This document shows, piece by piece, positions 9,935 through 20,874 of a DNA stretch of 64,000 bases (positions are counted from its first letter, which is position 1; each line of letters begins with the position of its first letter). This DNA is from an uncultured delta proteobacterium (GTDB lineage: Bacteria > Myxococcota_A > Polyangia > Polyangiales > Polyangiaceae): contig CAWDXG010000003.1 of the NCBI GenBank assembly GCA_963806225.1, positions 96,001 through 160,000 on the forward strand. Reading direction: 5' to 3'. Both the position numbers and the translations under genes were made by a program. The notes under the pieces were generated by a model. That model saw only the letters and a program-made list of their open reading frames with translations, ran no database searches and was not told where the DNA came from.

Positions 9935-12384
9935 GTGACCGAGCAAGACACCATCCAACGCACCGCCGCAGACGAGGACCCCGAGCGCGACCGCATCGTG
10001 GGCGAGGAACAGCGCTGTCTTGAACGCGTGCTCGGGCATATGGCCGAGCGAGCGAAGAATCGCGAAGTCCGTGTGCCCGTCAACTACGACGCGGAGCTGA
10101 TCGCGCTGCGCGACGAGATTGCCAGCGCGCGGATGGAAGACGTACCGCCGCTGCTCGAGCAGATGGAGCGACTGCAGGGGCTGGCCGCGACGCGGCGCGA
10201 GGTCAGCGAGGGCTTCGTCGATCCCCGCTCGCCCTATTTTGGACACCTCGTGCTGCACGAAGGCGAGCGCCGCCGGGAGGTGCTGATCGGCCGCAGCACC
10301 TATCTCGACCCCGGTGCGGGCGTGCGCATCGTCGACTGGCGCGATGCGCCGGTCAGCCGCCTCTTCTACCGCTGCGAAGAAGGCGAGGACTACGACGAGG
10401 TCTTCGGCGAGCGCGAGGTCGAGGGCCAGGTGCTCGTCCGCCGCAGCGTGACCATCCTCGACGGCGTGCTGCGCCGTATCGTCGCGCCGCAGGGAACGTT
10501 CGTGAAGAACGCCGACGGCAGCTGGCGGCGCGTCGGCGCGAGCGCAACTCGTCTGAGCGGAGGACAGGGCAGCGCGGTCCGCGCCGAGCAACACAGAAAG
10601 CCAGGCACGCTCGGCATCGGCGACACCGAGGGCCGCGAGGACACGCACCTCAAGGAAATCACCGCGCTCATCGACAAGCGCCAGTTCGAGCTCATCACCC
10701 GCCCCGACTCGGGCCTGGTCGTGATCCAGGGCGGCGCCGGCAGCGGCAAGACCACTATCGGGCTGCACCGCCTCGCGTATCTCGCCTACCAGGACCCACG
10801 CCGCTTCCGCCCCGACCGCATGCTGGTGGTCGTCTTCAACGACGCGCTGGCCCGCTACATCTCGCAGGTGCTGCCGGCGTTGGGCATCACGGGCATCGGC
10901 ATCCGCACGTACCAGGCGTGGGCCAACAAGGTGCGCGCTGCTCATGTGGCGCACCTGCCGAAGCGATACAGCGAGGACACGCCGACCGTCGCCACGCGCC
11001 TCAAGAAGCACCCCGCGATGCTCGAGGCGGTGGATCAGCACGTCGCCGCGGTCGAAAGCCGGCTGGAAGAAGAGCTCACGGAGGCCGCAGGCGGCGCCAG
11101 CGAGCCGCTGTCGATCTGGAAGCGCGCGGCCGATCGCGCGCTCGCCCAACGGCTCTTCGCCTTGAAGAACTGGCTCGGCGGACGCGAGGGACGGCAGCTT
11201 TCCACCGACCAGCGCGTGGCGCTGGAAGGCATCGTCAAGCGCGGCCTCGCGCAGGCGCGCGACGTGGTGACGCATTTTCCGATCTGCTCACCGATCGCGA
11301 GGCGCTCGGGCGCGTCTTCGCCGAGCACGCGCCCGACGCGCTGTCGGGGCCCGAGCTCGACCGCGCGCATGCCTGGTGCACCGCCCGCATCGGCGAGCTG
11401 CTCAGCGAGCTCGAGGAGCGCGAGGACCGCGAGCCGGAACAGGCGCGGAGGCGGAGCCGCGGCCCGGGCCGTCGCGGAGACGAGCAGCAGAGCTCCGGCG
11501 AACGCGAGGCGGAGACGCACCACGGCGTCGACGGCCGCGATGTCGAGGAAGGCGCCACGCTCGATCGCGAAGACGACACGATCCTGCTCCGGCTGGTCCA
11601 GAAGCTCCGCGGCCCGCTGCTGCGCCCCGGCAAGCCCGGCCGCCAGCGCGAGGCGCTCGTCTACGAGCACGTGCTGGTCGACGAAGCGCAGGATCTGAGC
11701 CCGGTCGAGCTCGCCGTGGTGCTGGGCACCGTCAGCCGCGCCGAGAGCGTCACCCTCGCCGGCGACGTCTCGCAGCGCCTGCACATGGACAACGGCTTCA
11801 CCAACTGGAAGGAAGTGCTGGGAGAGCTCGGCCTGGATCACGTGCAGATCGAGCCCCTGCGCATCAGCTACCGCTCGACGCAGGAGATCATCGACTTCGC
11901 CCGCGACGCGCTCGGCCCGCTCGCGAACGAGGAGGAGGGCATCGCCACGCGTCACGGCGCGCCGGTCGAGCTGTTCGGCTACGCGCACAGCGGCGACGCG
12001 GCCGGCTTCCTCGCCGAGGCGCTGCGCGATCTGATGCAGTCCGAGCCGCGCGCGTCCGTCGCCGTGATCTCCCGCTATCCCGAGCAGGCGGACCTCTACT
12101 ACGATGCGCTCGAAAAGGGCGACGTGCCCAGCGTGCGCCGCATCGCCGAACAGGATTTCCCGTTCAAGCCCGGCGTCGACGTGACCGACGTGCGCCAGGT
12201 CAAAGGCCTGGAGTTCGACTACGTCGTGCTGGTCGAGGTGACCGCGGCTTCCTACCCGGAAGACGACGAGGCGCGTCACCTGCTGCACATCGCCGCCACG
12301 CGCGCGGCTCACCAGCTCTGGGCGCTCACAACCGGCACCGCCAGCCGCCTGCTCCCCGCCGAGCTCAGGGAACGCGGGTACTAG
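9935..12384 (+). CDS. HelD-like SF1 (UvrD-family) ATPase/helicase, 1-nt deletion frameshift near 11270
   Basis: SPYFGH...IGR...IVDWRDAPVSRLFY N-terminus typical of HelD; GGAGSGKTTIGLHRLAYL; second frame HVLVDEAQD, GDVSQ, SYRST, VKGLEFD, AATRA. Confidence 0.82.
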
Positions 12385-12426
12385 AAGTGCCCTTGACCTG
12401 GGGCGCCGTGGCGCCCGATGCTGGTC

Positions 12427-12442
12427 TGGCCCGCCGTTTGCA
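12427..12442 (+). promoter_or_regulatory. Putative sigma-54 -24/-12 promoter
   Basis: TGGCCCG-CCGT-TTGCA (GG-N10-GC) ending 12 nt before ATG 12455. Confidence 0.5.
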
Positions 12443-12454
12443 CACCGAAGAGAC

Positions 12455-13507
12455 ATGACCCGGTTCCGCTCGCGCTTCGCTCTCTCGCTCGCAGCCTCGC
12501 TTCTGGCGAGCTGCACGCCCCGCGCCGGCGGGCGCGCGACGGCCACCGGAGCTGTGGCGCCCGGGCTGGGCGTCGAGGAGCAGCAGGAAGCCGCGCGCGC
12601 CGCGGAAGAAGCGCGCGAAAAGGCCGCGCGCGACAAGCCAGCGAAGATCGATCGCACGCTGGTCGCCCGCGCCGCGCTGCCGTTCCACGGCTTCAGCGTC
12701 AAAGGTCACGAGCCCCTCGCGCCCGACCAGCTGCTCCGCGATCTCGCCCGCGCCGATGTCGTGTGCGTCGGCGAGGAGCACGACAGCCCGCACGACCACT
12801 GGGCCGAGCTCCGCATCCTGCGCGGTCTTTTCGCACGCGCTCCCATGGCGGGGCGCGTGGTCGGTCTCGGTCTGGAGATGGTCCAGCAGCCCTACCAGAA
12901 GGCGCTCGACCGCTACTCCTCGTACGACTCCGACAGCCGTGACCTGATGGCGGACACGGAGTGGGCCCAGCGCTGGGGATATCCCTTCTCCTACTACCAG
13001 CCGATGCTGGCCCTGGCGCGCCGCCACCACAGCGCAATCCTCGCACTCAACGCGCCGTCCGGGCTCACCCACCAGATCGCCAAGGGCGGTCTCGAATCAC
13101 TCGACGACGCGCAGCAGAAGGAGCTGCCCGATCTGGATCTGCACGACGCCCAGCACCGCGCCTTCTTCAACCAGGACATGCGGGGCCATCCGGACATGCC
13201 CGGGCGGAAGCGCGACATGTACGCCGCGCAGGTCGTGTGGGACGAGAGCATGGCGGACGCCGCGGCGCGCTGGCTCTCCAACAATTTCCCCGCGCGCCAG
13301 CTGGTGATCTTCGCGGGCTCCTCCCACTGCCGCCACCCCGCGATCGTGCGGCGCATCCGCCGGCGCGTGGACGCCCGCGTCGTCTCGGTGCGGCCGCTGA
13401 TCGCAAGGGACGGACACATCGATCCGCTCGATCTCGCCGGCTACGACTACGGCTTCATCATGGAGCCGAGCGGCAAAGCGCCCGGGCCCGGCCACGGCCG
13501 CCGCTAA
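12455..13507 (+). CDS. ChaN/PhuW-family lipoprotein
   Basis: Lipobox LASC; ADVVCVGEEHD...LGLEM...WGYPFSYYQP...LALN...AQVVWDESMA...AGSSH. Confidence 0.82.
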   Translation: MTRFRSRFALSLAASLLASCTPRAGGRATATGAVAPGLGVEEQQEAARAAEEAREKAARDKPAKIDRTLVARAALPFHGFSVKGHEPLAPDQLLRDLARADVVCVGEEHDSPHDHWAELRILRGLFARAPMAGRVVGLGLEMVQQPYQKALDRYSSYDSDSRDLMADTEWAQRWGYPFSYYQPMLALARRHHSAILALNAPSGLTHQIAKGGLESLDDAQQKELPDLDLHDAQHRAFFNQDMRGHPDMPGRKRDMYAAQVVWDESMADAAARWLSNNFPARQLVIFAGSSHCRHPAIVRRIRRRVDARVVSVRPLIARDGHIDPLDLAGYDYGFIMEPSGKAPGPGHGRR

Positions 13508-13605
13508 TCCTCCGCCCCCCCCACCGTAATCCTCCTCGACGGGGCTCACCGCCCCTCGAACTGCCATCTTGTACCGGCCTGCCTGCCAGGTTACGGGCGG
13601 TGGCG

Positions 13606-14925
13606 GTGCTTGCCAGCTTTCTTCCCGATCACACGGGCGTTGCCCAGCGCGTCCTGTCGCTCGGCGGGCTGTTCGTGATGGTGGCGATCGCGTGGCTCTT
13701 GTCGGTCGACCGCCGCCACATCCGCTGGCGACCCGTGCTGTGGGGTGTCGGCCTGCAGATCACGCTCGGGCTGATGATCCTCAACCCGACGCTGCAGGCG
13801 CTGTTCTTCAACGTGATCGATCGCGGCGTGGACAAGCTCCTGTCGTTCTCCGAAGCGGGCGCCACCTTCGTGTTCCAGACCGTCGAGCCGCACAAGATCC
13901 TCGACATGCAGGGCAAGGCGGTCCCGATCCAGGGTCGCATCTCGCCGCCGCTCAAGACGTTCGCGTTCTGGATCCTGCCGACGATCATCTTCTTCTCGAG
14001 CCTGATGGCGATCCTGTACCACCTCGGGATCATGCAGCGCGTCGTGTACGCGATCGCCTGGCTCATGCAGCGAACCATGGGCACCAGCGGCGCCGAGTCG
14101 CTGTCGGCGGCGGCGAACATCTTCGTCGGCCAGACCGAGGCGCCCCTGCTCATCCGCCCCTACGTCGACGGCATGACGCGCTCGGAGCTGCACGCGGTGA
14201 TGTGCGGCGGCTTCGCCACGGTCGCGGGCGGCGTGATGGCGGCCTACGTCGGCTTCCTGCGCGGGATCCCGCACATCGCCGGCCACCTCGTCACTGCCTC
14301 GATCCTCTCCGCCCCCGCCTCGCTCGCCATCAGCAAGATCATGGTGCCCGAGACGGAGACGCCGGCCACCGCCGACGAGGTCAAGCTCTCGGCCGAGAAG
14401 ACCGCCGGCAACGTCATCGAAGCAGCCGCCAACGGCGCCAGCGACGGCGCCAAGCTCGCCATCAACGTGGGCGCGATGCTGATCGCGTTCGTCGGCCTTA
14501 TCGCGATGGGCGACTACGTCCTGTCGCTGATCCCGTTCGCGGGCGCGCCGCTCAGCATGTCGCGCATCTTCGGCTGGGTGTTCTCGCCGATCGCGTTCTC
14601 CATGGGCGTGCCCTGGCACGAGGCGCCCACCGTCGGCCGCCTGCTCGGCGAGAAGATCGTGCTGACCGAGTTCATCGCCTACGTGCACCTGGGCGAGATG
14701 GTGCAGTCGACCCACGCCGTGCTGTCGCAGCGCTCCGCCATCATCGCCAGCTACGCCCTGTGCGGTTTCGCCAACTTCGCCAGCATCGGCATCCAGCTCG
14801 GCGGCATCGGCGGCATCGCGCCGCGGCGCATGCGCGATCTCGCCCAGCTCGGCCTGCGCGCCATGGTAGGCGGTTCGCTCGCTGCCTTCATGACAGCGAC
14901 GATTGCCGGCGTCATGCTCGGGTGA
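13606..14925 (+). CDS. Concentrative nucleoside transporter (NupC/CNT family)
   Basis: LPTIIFFSSL, ESLSAAANIFVGQTEAPL, GFATVAG, EFIAY, YALCGFANFASIGIQLGG. Start approximate. Confidence 0.92.
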   Translation: MLASFLPDHTGVAQRVLSLGGLFVMVAIAWLLSVDRRHIRWRPVLWGVGLQITLGLMILNPTLQALFFNVIDRGVDKLLSFSEAGATFVFQTVEPHKILDMQGKAVPIQGRISPPLKTFAFWILPTIIFFSSLMAILYHLGIMQRVVYAIAWLMQRTMGTSGAESLSAAANIFVGQTEAPLLIRPYVDGMTRSELHAVMCGGFATVAGGVMAAYVGFLRGIPHIAGHLVTASILSAPASLAISKIMVPETETPATADEVKLSAEKTAGNVIEAAANGASDGAKLAINVGAMLIAFVGLIAMGDYVLSLIPFAGAPLSMSRIFGWVFSPIAFSMGVPWHEAPTVGRLLGEKIVLTEFIAYVHLGEMVQSTHAVLSQRSAIIASYALCGFANFASIGIQLGGIGGIAPRRMRDLAQLGLRAMVGGSLAAFMTATIAGVMLG

Positions 14926-16199
14926 TGATCGACCGGACGCGGCTGCTCGCCGGAAGCGTGCCCGCCGCGGCGCGCGAACGCCGCGGCCTGGCCCTCGATC
15001 TGCTCGACGCCGCACTCGCCCAGGTCGAGCCCGGCGCCGCCACGCGGCGCGGTCTCGCGGCGGCCCGCGCTGCCGGCATCGATCTCGACGGCTGCACGCT
15101 GCTGGCGTTCGGCAAAGCCGCCCGCGGCATGGCCGAAGCCGCGCTCGCAGAGGTGCGCGTCGCGCGGGGCATCGTGCTCGGCTTCGACGAGGGACGGCTC
15201 GGACCGCTCGTGGTGCACCGCGCCGGCCATCCCCTGCCCTGCCCCGACGCACCGGCCCACGGCAGCGAGGTACTGTCGCTGGCGCGTTCGCTCGGCGCAG
15301 GCGACGTGGCGCTATGTCTCGTCTCCGGCGGTGGCTCCGCGATGCTCGAGCTGCCGCGGCAGGGCGTGGCGCTCGCGTCCATCGCGGAAACGACGCGGCT
15401 CATGAACGAAGCCGGCGCATCCATCGCCGAGCTCAACGCCGTGCGGCGCGCTCTCTCCCGGCTCAAGGGCGGCCGGCTCGCCGCGGCGCTGGCGCCCGCG
15501 CGCGTCGTGAACGTGCTGATCTCGGACGTGCCCGCGGACGACCTGTCCGTGATCGCGTCCGGCCCCAGCGTACCGCCGGCACCCGGCGCGCCCGACGCCC
15601 GCGCCGTCATCCAGCGCTACGGGCTCCGCGGCAGGCTGCCCGCCGACGCGCTCGGAGCCCTCGACGCCCCGGAACCGGTAGAGAGCGTCCCCGTCCACAG
15701 CTTCCTCGCCGCCGACAACGCCGACGCACGCCGCGCGGTGGTTACGCGCGCAAGCGAGCTCGGACTTCGCTGCGCCGAGCACCCGCGCGAGCTGTCCGGC
15801 ATCGCGCGCGAGACCGGCCCGCGCCTGTACGCCGACGCGCTCTCGCGTTTCACCGCCGAACCCGCGCTCGACGCCGTGGTCGCCGGTGGCGAGACCACCG
15901 TCGAGGTCCGCGGCACCGGCCGCGGCGGCCGCAACCAGGAGCTCGCCCTCGCCGTGCTCGCCAGCTACCAGAGCGGCCTCGTCGCCACGCTCGGAACCGA
16001 CGGCATCGACGGCTCCAGCGACGCCGCCGGCGCGCTGATCGACCAAGCCGCCGTCGCCGACGCGCAGCGCCTCGGCCTCGACACGGCGCGCTGTCTCGCC
16101 GACAACGACTCGCATCGCTTCTTCACCGAGCTCGGCACCCAGCTCCGCACCGGGCCCACCGGCACCAACGTCGCCGATCTGTGCCTGGTCCTCTGCTGA
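14925..16199 (+). CDS. Glycerate kinase type 2 (DUF4147/MOFRL)
   Basis: FGKAA, AGHP, LVSGGGSA, KGGRLA, SDV...IASGP, GGETTV, GRGGRNQE, GTDGIDG, TGPTGTNVADL; TGATG coupling to the upstream gene. Confidence 0.9.
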   Translation: MIDRTRLLAGSVPAAARERRGLALDLLDAALAQVEPGAATRRGLAAARAAGIDLDGCTLLAFGKAARGMAEAALAEVRVARGIVLGFDEGRLGPLVVHRAGHPLPCPDAPAHGSEVLSLARSLGAGDVALCLVSGGGSAMLELPRQGVALASIAETTRLMNEAGASIAELNAVRRALSRLKGGRLAAALAPARVVNVLISDVPADDLSVIASGPSVPPAPGAPDARAVIQRYGLRGRLPADALGALDAPEPVESVPVHSFLAADNADARRAVVTRASELGLRCAEHPRELSGIARETGPRLYADALSRFTAEPALDAVVAGGETTVEVRGTGRGGRNQELALAVLASYQSGLVATLGTDGIDGSSDAAGALIDQAAVADAQRLGLDTARCLADNDSHRFFTELGTQLRTGPTGTNVADLCLVLC

Positions 16200-16205
16200 G
16201 GCCCG

Positions 16206-17321
16206 CTACATCCGCTTGAACGTCTCGCTCAGGTCCATGTCCATCTGCGTGTCCTGCGAGCGGCCCGCCATCTTCGTGCGCACCTTCACGTGCGACTGCG
16301 TCTGGATGTGCCCCTCGGGCAGCGAGTGCGTCAGGTCGAACTGGATCTCGCCCTTGCCGGTTCCCGACATGCCCAGGAGCTCGGAGTCCACGTTCAACGG
16401 CACGCCCGGGATCTGGATGCGGCTCCCCGGCGCCGACTGCTCGAGCTCGATGCGCGTGGTGCCGTGATCTCCGTCCAGCTTCTCGAGCGTGTACGTCGCC
16501 ACCTGCTTCATCTTCATGCCCATCTGCTCGACCTCGGTGCTCACCTGCCAGCGCGCACCCTTGCCCACGGCTTCAGCCGGGAACGGCGCGCTCACCTCGC
16601 CGAACGCGGTGGCCATCGCCTGCATCATCTGCTTGACCTGACCGTCGTCGAGCCCGCTCGTGTCCAGCTTGGAAGTCAGAAGCCGCCCGCGGGAATCGAT
16701 CTCGTCGTGACCCTTCAGCTTGGCCATTTCGCCGAGCGAATCCTCGACGCTGTGGCGCACCGCGGACGGCACCTTGTCCGGATTGGCCAACTGCACCTTC
16801 TGGATACGCAGATCGCGCTTCGCCACGCCGTCCGGCGACACCGACCCCACCTGGATCGTCGCGAGCATCTCGAGCGTGGGGATCGCCGGCGCCGGCATCG
16901 CCCGCCCGGCCAGGTGGATCGTCATGCTGGTGGCGCTGGTCAGCTTGAACTTCTCGATCTTCCCCTGCGCCAGGCGATAGCGGAGCTTGTGCCGGGGCGC
17001 GGCGCCGGGAGACAGCAGCTTCACCTCGGTACCCGACGCCCCGGCCTTGCCCGCGCTCCCGGTCGGCGGCGTCTTCGCGCCGGCGGACGCGGCCGGAGCC
17101 GCCGATGCAACAGGAGCCGCCGATGCGCTCGCCACCGCGGCTTGACTGGCCGAGGCGGACGGCGCGGACTCTGCCGAGGCCGCGGGCGCGGCCGACGCGC
17201 TGGAAGTGGGTCCGGCCGAAGCCGCCGCCGCGGCGACGGCCTGCTTCGGCTTGTTGTCGTGGCAGCCCGCCGCGCACACCAGGAGCGCGGCGATCAAAGC
17301 CGGGCGAGAACGATAACGCAT
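16206..17321 (-). CDS. Hypothetical lipoprotein (DUF6263-like)
   Basis: Lipobox AAGC; Ala/Ser/Pro linker; VKLLSPGAAPRHKLRY and PFPAEAVGKGARW motifs. Confidence 0.7.
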   Translation of the reverse strand: MRYRSRPALIAALLVCAAGCHDNKPKQAVAAAAASAGPTSSASAAPAASAESAPSASASQAAVASASAAPVASAAPAASAGAKTPPTGSAGKAGASGTEVKLLSPGAAPRHKLRYRLAQGKIEKFKLTSATSMTIHLAGRAMPAPAIPTLEMLATIQVGSVSPDGVAKRDLRIQKVQLANPDKVPSAVRHSVEDSLGEMAKLKGHDEIDSRGRLLTSKLDTSGLDDGQVKQMMQAMATAFGEVSAPFPAEAVGKGARWQVSTEVEQMGMKMKQVATYTLEKLDGDHGTTRIELEQSAPGSRIQIPGVPLNVDSELLGMSGTGKGEIQFDLTHSLPEGHIQTQSHVKVRTKMAGRSQDTQMDMDLSETFKRM

Positions 17322-17441
17322 GGATGAACTCCCGGGGCGGACCCCGGCGCATCATGCCGCGATGCGCCGGCCCGCGCACCCTTGACTTCACCCGCGCTTC
17401 CGGACAAGCCCCAGAAACGCGAGAGCGAGGAGGCAGACGAC

Positions 17442-18860
17442 ATGAAGGCGTACGACAAGCACTACATCGGTGGAAAATGGGTCGCAGCCCAGAGCAGCGA
17501 GCGCTTCAAGGTCACCAACTCGTCGACCGAGGAAGTCATCGGCAGCGTTCCCGCCGGCACGGTGGAAGAAGCCGATCAGGCCGTGAAGGCGGCCGCCGGG
17601 GCCTTCCCTGCATGGGCAGCACTGCCCGCGGCCGAGCGCGCCGCGTATCTCTCGAAGCTCTCGGAAGGTCTGTCCGCCCGCTCGCAGGAGATCGCCGAGA
17701 CGGTCAGCGCCGAGGTCGGCATGCCGATCAAGCTCGCAACGATGATCCAGGCCGGGCTGCCGACCATGGTCATGGGCTCCTTCGCAGGGCTGGTGAAGGA
17801 GTACGCCTTCGAGGAAGAGATCGGAAACTCGCTCATCGTCAAGGAGCCCGTCGGCGTCGTTGCCTGCATCACGCCCTGGAACTACCCGCTGCACCAGGTC
17901 GTGGCCAAGGTCGCCGCCGCGCTCGGCGCGGGCTGCACCGTCGTGGTCAAGCCGAGCGAAGTCGCACCGCTCAGTGCGTTCATGCTGGCGGAGATCGTCG
18001 ACCAGGTCGGCCTCCCCGCCGGCGTGTTCAACCTGGTGAGCGGCGACGGCCCCACCGTCGGCGAAGCGCTCGCCAAGCACCCCCAGGTGGACATGGTCAG
18101 CTTCACCGGCTCCACGCGCGCGGGCAAGCGCGTCTCCGAGCTCTGCGCCGCGACGGTCAAGCGCGTCGCGCTCGAGCTCGGCGGCAAGAGCGCCAACATC
18201 ATCCTCGATGACGCCGACTTCGCGAAGGCCGTGAAAGCGGGCGTCAACAACTGCTACCTCAACAGCGGGCAGACCTGCGCGGCCTGGACGCGCATGCTCG
18301 TACCGCGAAGCCGCCAGGACGAAGCCGTGGAGCTCGCCAAGGCCGCCGCCGAGAAGCTGAACCTCGGCAACGCGCCGAAGGGCGAAGGCCGCCTCGGCCC
18401 GCTCGTCTCGGCGCGCCAGCGCGAGCGCGTCCGCGGTTACATCAGGAAAGGCATCGAGGAGGGCGCGAAGCTCGTCACCGGCGGCCCCGAACAGCCCGAG
18501 GGCCTCGACAAGGGCTTCTTCGTCAAGCCGACCGTCTTTTCGAACGTCGACAACAAGATGACCATCGCCCGGGAGGAGATCTTCGGCCCCGTCCTGTGCA
18601 TCATCCCCTACGACGACGAGGACGACGCCGTCCGCATCGCCAACGACAGCGTCTACGGCCTGTCCGGCGCGGTGTGGTCCGCCGACAAGGAGCGCGCAAA
18701 GAAGGTCGCGCGCCGCCTGCGCACCGGGCAGGTCGACATCAACGGCGGCGCGTTCAACCCCGTCGCCCCCTTCGGCGGCTACAAGCAGTCCGGCCGCGGC
18801 CGCGAATACGGCAAGTTCGGCTTCGAGGAGTTCCTCGAGATCAAGTCGCTGCAGCTCTAG
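17442..18860 (+). CDS. Aldehyde dehydrogenase
   Basis: [53 protein letters not shown]. Confidence 0.95.
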   Translation: MKAYDKHYIGGKWVAAQSSERFKVTNSSTEEVIGSVPAGTVEEADQAVKAAAGAFPAWAALPAAERAAYLSKLSEGLSARSQEIAETVSAEVGMPIKLATMIQAGLPTMVMGSFAGLVKEYAFEEEIGNSLIVKEPVGVVACITPWNYPLHQVVAKVAAALGAGCTVVVKPSEVAPLSAFMLAEIVDQVGLPAGVFNLVSGDGPTVGEALAKHPQVDMVSFTGSTRAGKRVSELCAATVKRVALELGGKSANIILDDADFAKAVKAGVNNCYLNSGQTCAAWTRMLVPRSRQDEAVELAKAAAEKLNLGNAPKGEGRLGPLVSARQRERVRGYIRKGIEEGAKLVTGGPEQPEGLDKGFFVKPTVFSNVDNKMTIAREEIFGPVLCIIPYDDEDDAVRIANDSVYGLSGAVWSADKERAKKVARRLRTGQVDINGGAFNPVAPFGGYKQSGRGREYGKFGFEEFLEIKSLQL

Positions 18861-19216
18861 AATTACGTTTCCAGGCGTATCCAGACAATTTCTGTAATAG
18901 CGACCAGCCTGCTCTCCAGGGGCTGCCCCGCACGCTGGGGCGGCACGTGACGGCGGCGGCGCCCCAGGCGCCGCCGGGCCCCCAAACGCGGCCGCTTCGC
19001 GCCCGCCCGGGGGCCCCAAAGCGAGCGGGCACGCGTCGACGCGCGGCGTGGGTTCCCCCTGAGCGAGCGCAGGCGCCCTGGCGCCGAGCACGCGATTTGG
19101 GGAACCCCGCGCCGCAGGCGCGGGCGCGGAAGCAGCGACCCCGCGTGAGGGGGCAACCATTGGAGAAGAGTGCGGCGCGCGCATCTCCACGCGCTCCGAC
19201 GCCAGACATGAGATGC

Positions 19217-19575
19217 GCGGGCGGCGCGGTGCGGGCGGCGCGGTGCGGGCGGTGCGGGCGGTGCGGTGCGGGCGGCGCGGTGCGGGCGGCGCGGTGCGGG
19301 CGGCGCGGTGCGGGCGGCGCGGTGCGGGCGGCGCGGTGCGGGCGGCGCGGTGCGGGCGGCGCGGTGCGGGCGGCGCGGTGCGGGCGGCGCGGTGCGGGCG
19401 GCGCGGTGCGGGCGGCGCGGTGCGGGCGGCGCGGTGCGGGCGGCGCGGTGCGGGCGGCGCGGTGCGGGCGGCGCGGTGCGGGCGGCGCGGTGCGGGCGGC
19501 GCGGTGCGGGCGGCGCGGTGCGGGCGGCGCGGTGCGGGCGGCGCGGTGCGGGCGGCGCGGTGCGGGCGGCGCGGT
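19217..19575. repeat. 14-bp tandem repeat (GCGGGCGGCGCGGT)n
   Basis: 2 perfect units (19217-19244), three truncated units of 9, 9 and 5 bp (19245-19267), then 22 consecutive perfect units (19268-19575). Confidence 0.97.
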
Positions 19576-19618
19576 GCGATGCGGGGGAACAACGCGCTCG
19601 CGGCGACACCTGTCAACC

Positions 19619-20861
19619 CACATAACCGGTTATGTCCCCCATTTCGTCGCCTCTACCGCGTCGCAGCCGACACAGGACGACATCCGAGCCCATATAACCG
19701 GTTATGTCCCCGATTTTGTCGCCCTCGCTGCGTCGCAACCCGCCCACGGCGACATCTCGGGCCACATAACCGGTTATGTCCCCCATTTCGTCGCCTCTAC
19801 CGCGTCGCAACCCGCCCACGGCGACATCTCGGGCCACATAACCGGTTATGTCCCCCATTTCGTCGCCTCTACCGCGTCGCAACCCGCCCACGGCGACATC
19901 TCGGGCCACATAACCGGTTATGTCCCCCATTTCGTCGCCTCTACCGCGCCGCAACCCGCCCACGGCGACATCTCGGGCCACATAACCGGTTATGTCCCCC
20001 ATTTCGTCGCCTCTACCGCGTCGCAACCCGCCCACGGCGACATCTCGGGCCACATGTCCGCCATTTCGTCGCCTCTACCGCGTCGCAGCCGACACAGGAC
20101 GACATCCGAGCCCACTTAACCGGTTATGTCCCCGATTTTGTCGCCCTCGCTGCGCCGCAACCCGCCCACGGCGACATCTCGGGCCACATAACCGGTTATG
20201 TCCCCCATTTCGTCGCCTCTACCGCGTCGCAGCCGACACAGGACGACATCCGAGCCCATATAACCGGTTATGTCCCCGATTTTGTCGCCCTCGCTGCGTC
20301 GCAACCCGCCCACGGCGACATCTCGGGCCACATAACCGGTTATGTCCCCCATTTCGTCGCCTCTACCGCGCCGCAACCCGCCCACGGCGACATCTCGGGC
20401 CACATAACCGGTTATGTCCCCCATTTCGTCGCCTCTACCGCGTCGCAACCCGCCCACGGCGACATCTCGGGCCACATGTCCGCCATTTCGTCGCCTCTAC
20501 CGCGTCGCAGCCGACACAGGACGACATCCGAGCCCACTTAACCGGTTATGTCCCCGATTTTGTCGCCCTCGCTGCGCCGCAACCCGCCCACGGCGACATC
20601 TCGGGCCACATAACCGGTTATGTCCCCCATTTCGTCGCCTCTACCGCGTCGCAGCCGACACAGGACGACATCCGAGCCCATATAACCGGTTATGTCCCCG
20701 ATTTTGTCGCCCTCGCTGCGTCGCAACCCGCCCACGGCGACATCTCGGGCCACATAACCGGTTATGTCCCCCATTTCGTCGCCTCTACCGCGTCGCAACC
20801 CGCCCACGGCGACATCTCGGGCCACATGTCCCACATTTCGTCGCCTCTACCGCGTCGCAGC
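19619..20861. repeat. 72-bp satellite-like tandem array with a palindromic core
   Basis: 17 full units plus 1 partial, starting at 19619, 19691, 19763, 19835, 19907, 19979, 20051, 20113, 20185, 20257, 20329, 20401, 20473, 20535, 20607, 20679, 20751 and 20823. Main unit CACATAACCGGTTATGTCCCCCATTTCGTCGCCTCTACCGCGTCGCAACCCGCCCACGGCGACATCTCGGGC. Confidence 0.97.
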
Positions 20862-20874
20862 ACGCGGGAGCGGG

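Noticed and set aside
19619..20861. CRISPR array interpretation of the 72-bp repeats
   Set aside because: Sequences between the palindromes are not unique spacers but two recurring variants, and no cas genes occur in the window.
19619..20861. Canonical parS cluster
   Set aside because: The palindrome differs from TGTTTCACGTGAAACA at many positions, and no parA/parB is in the window.
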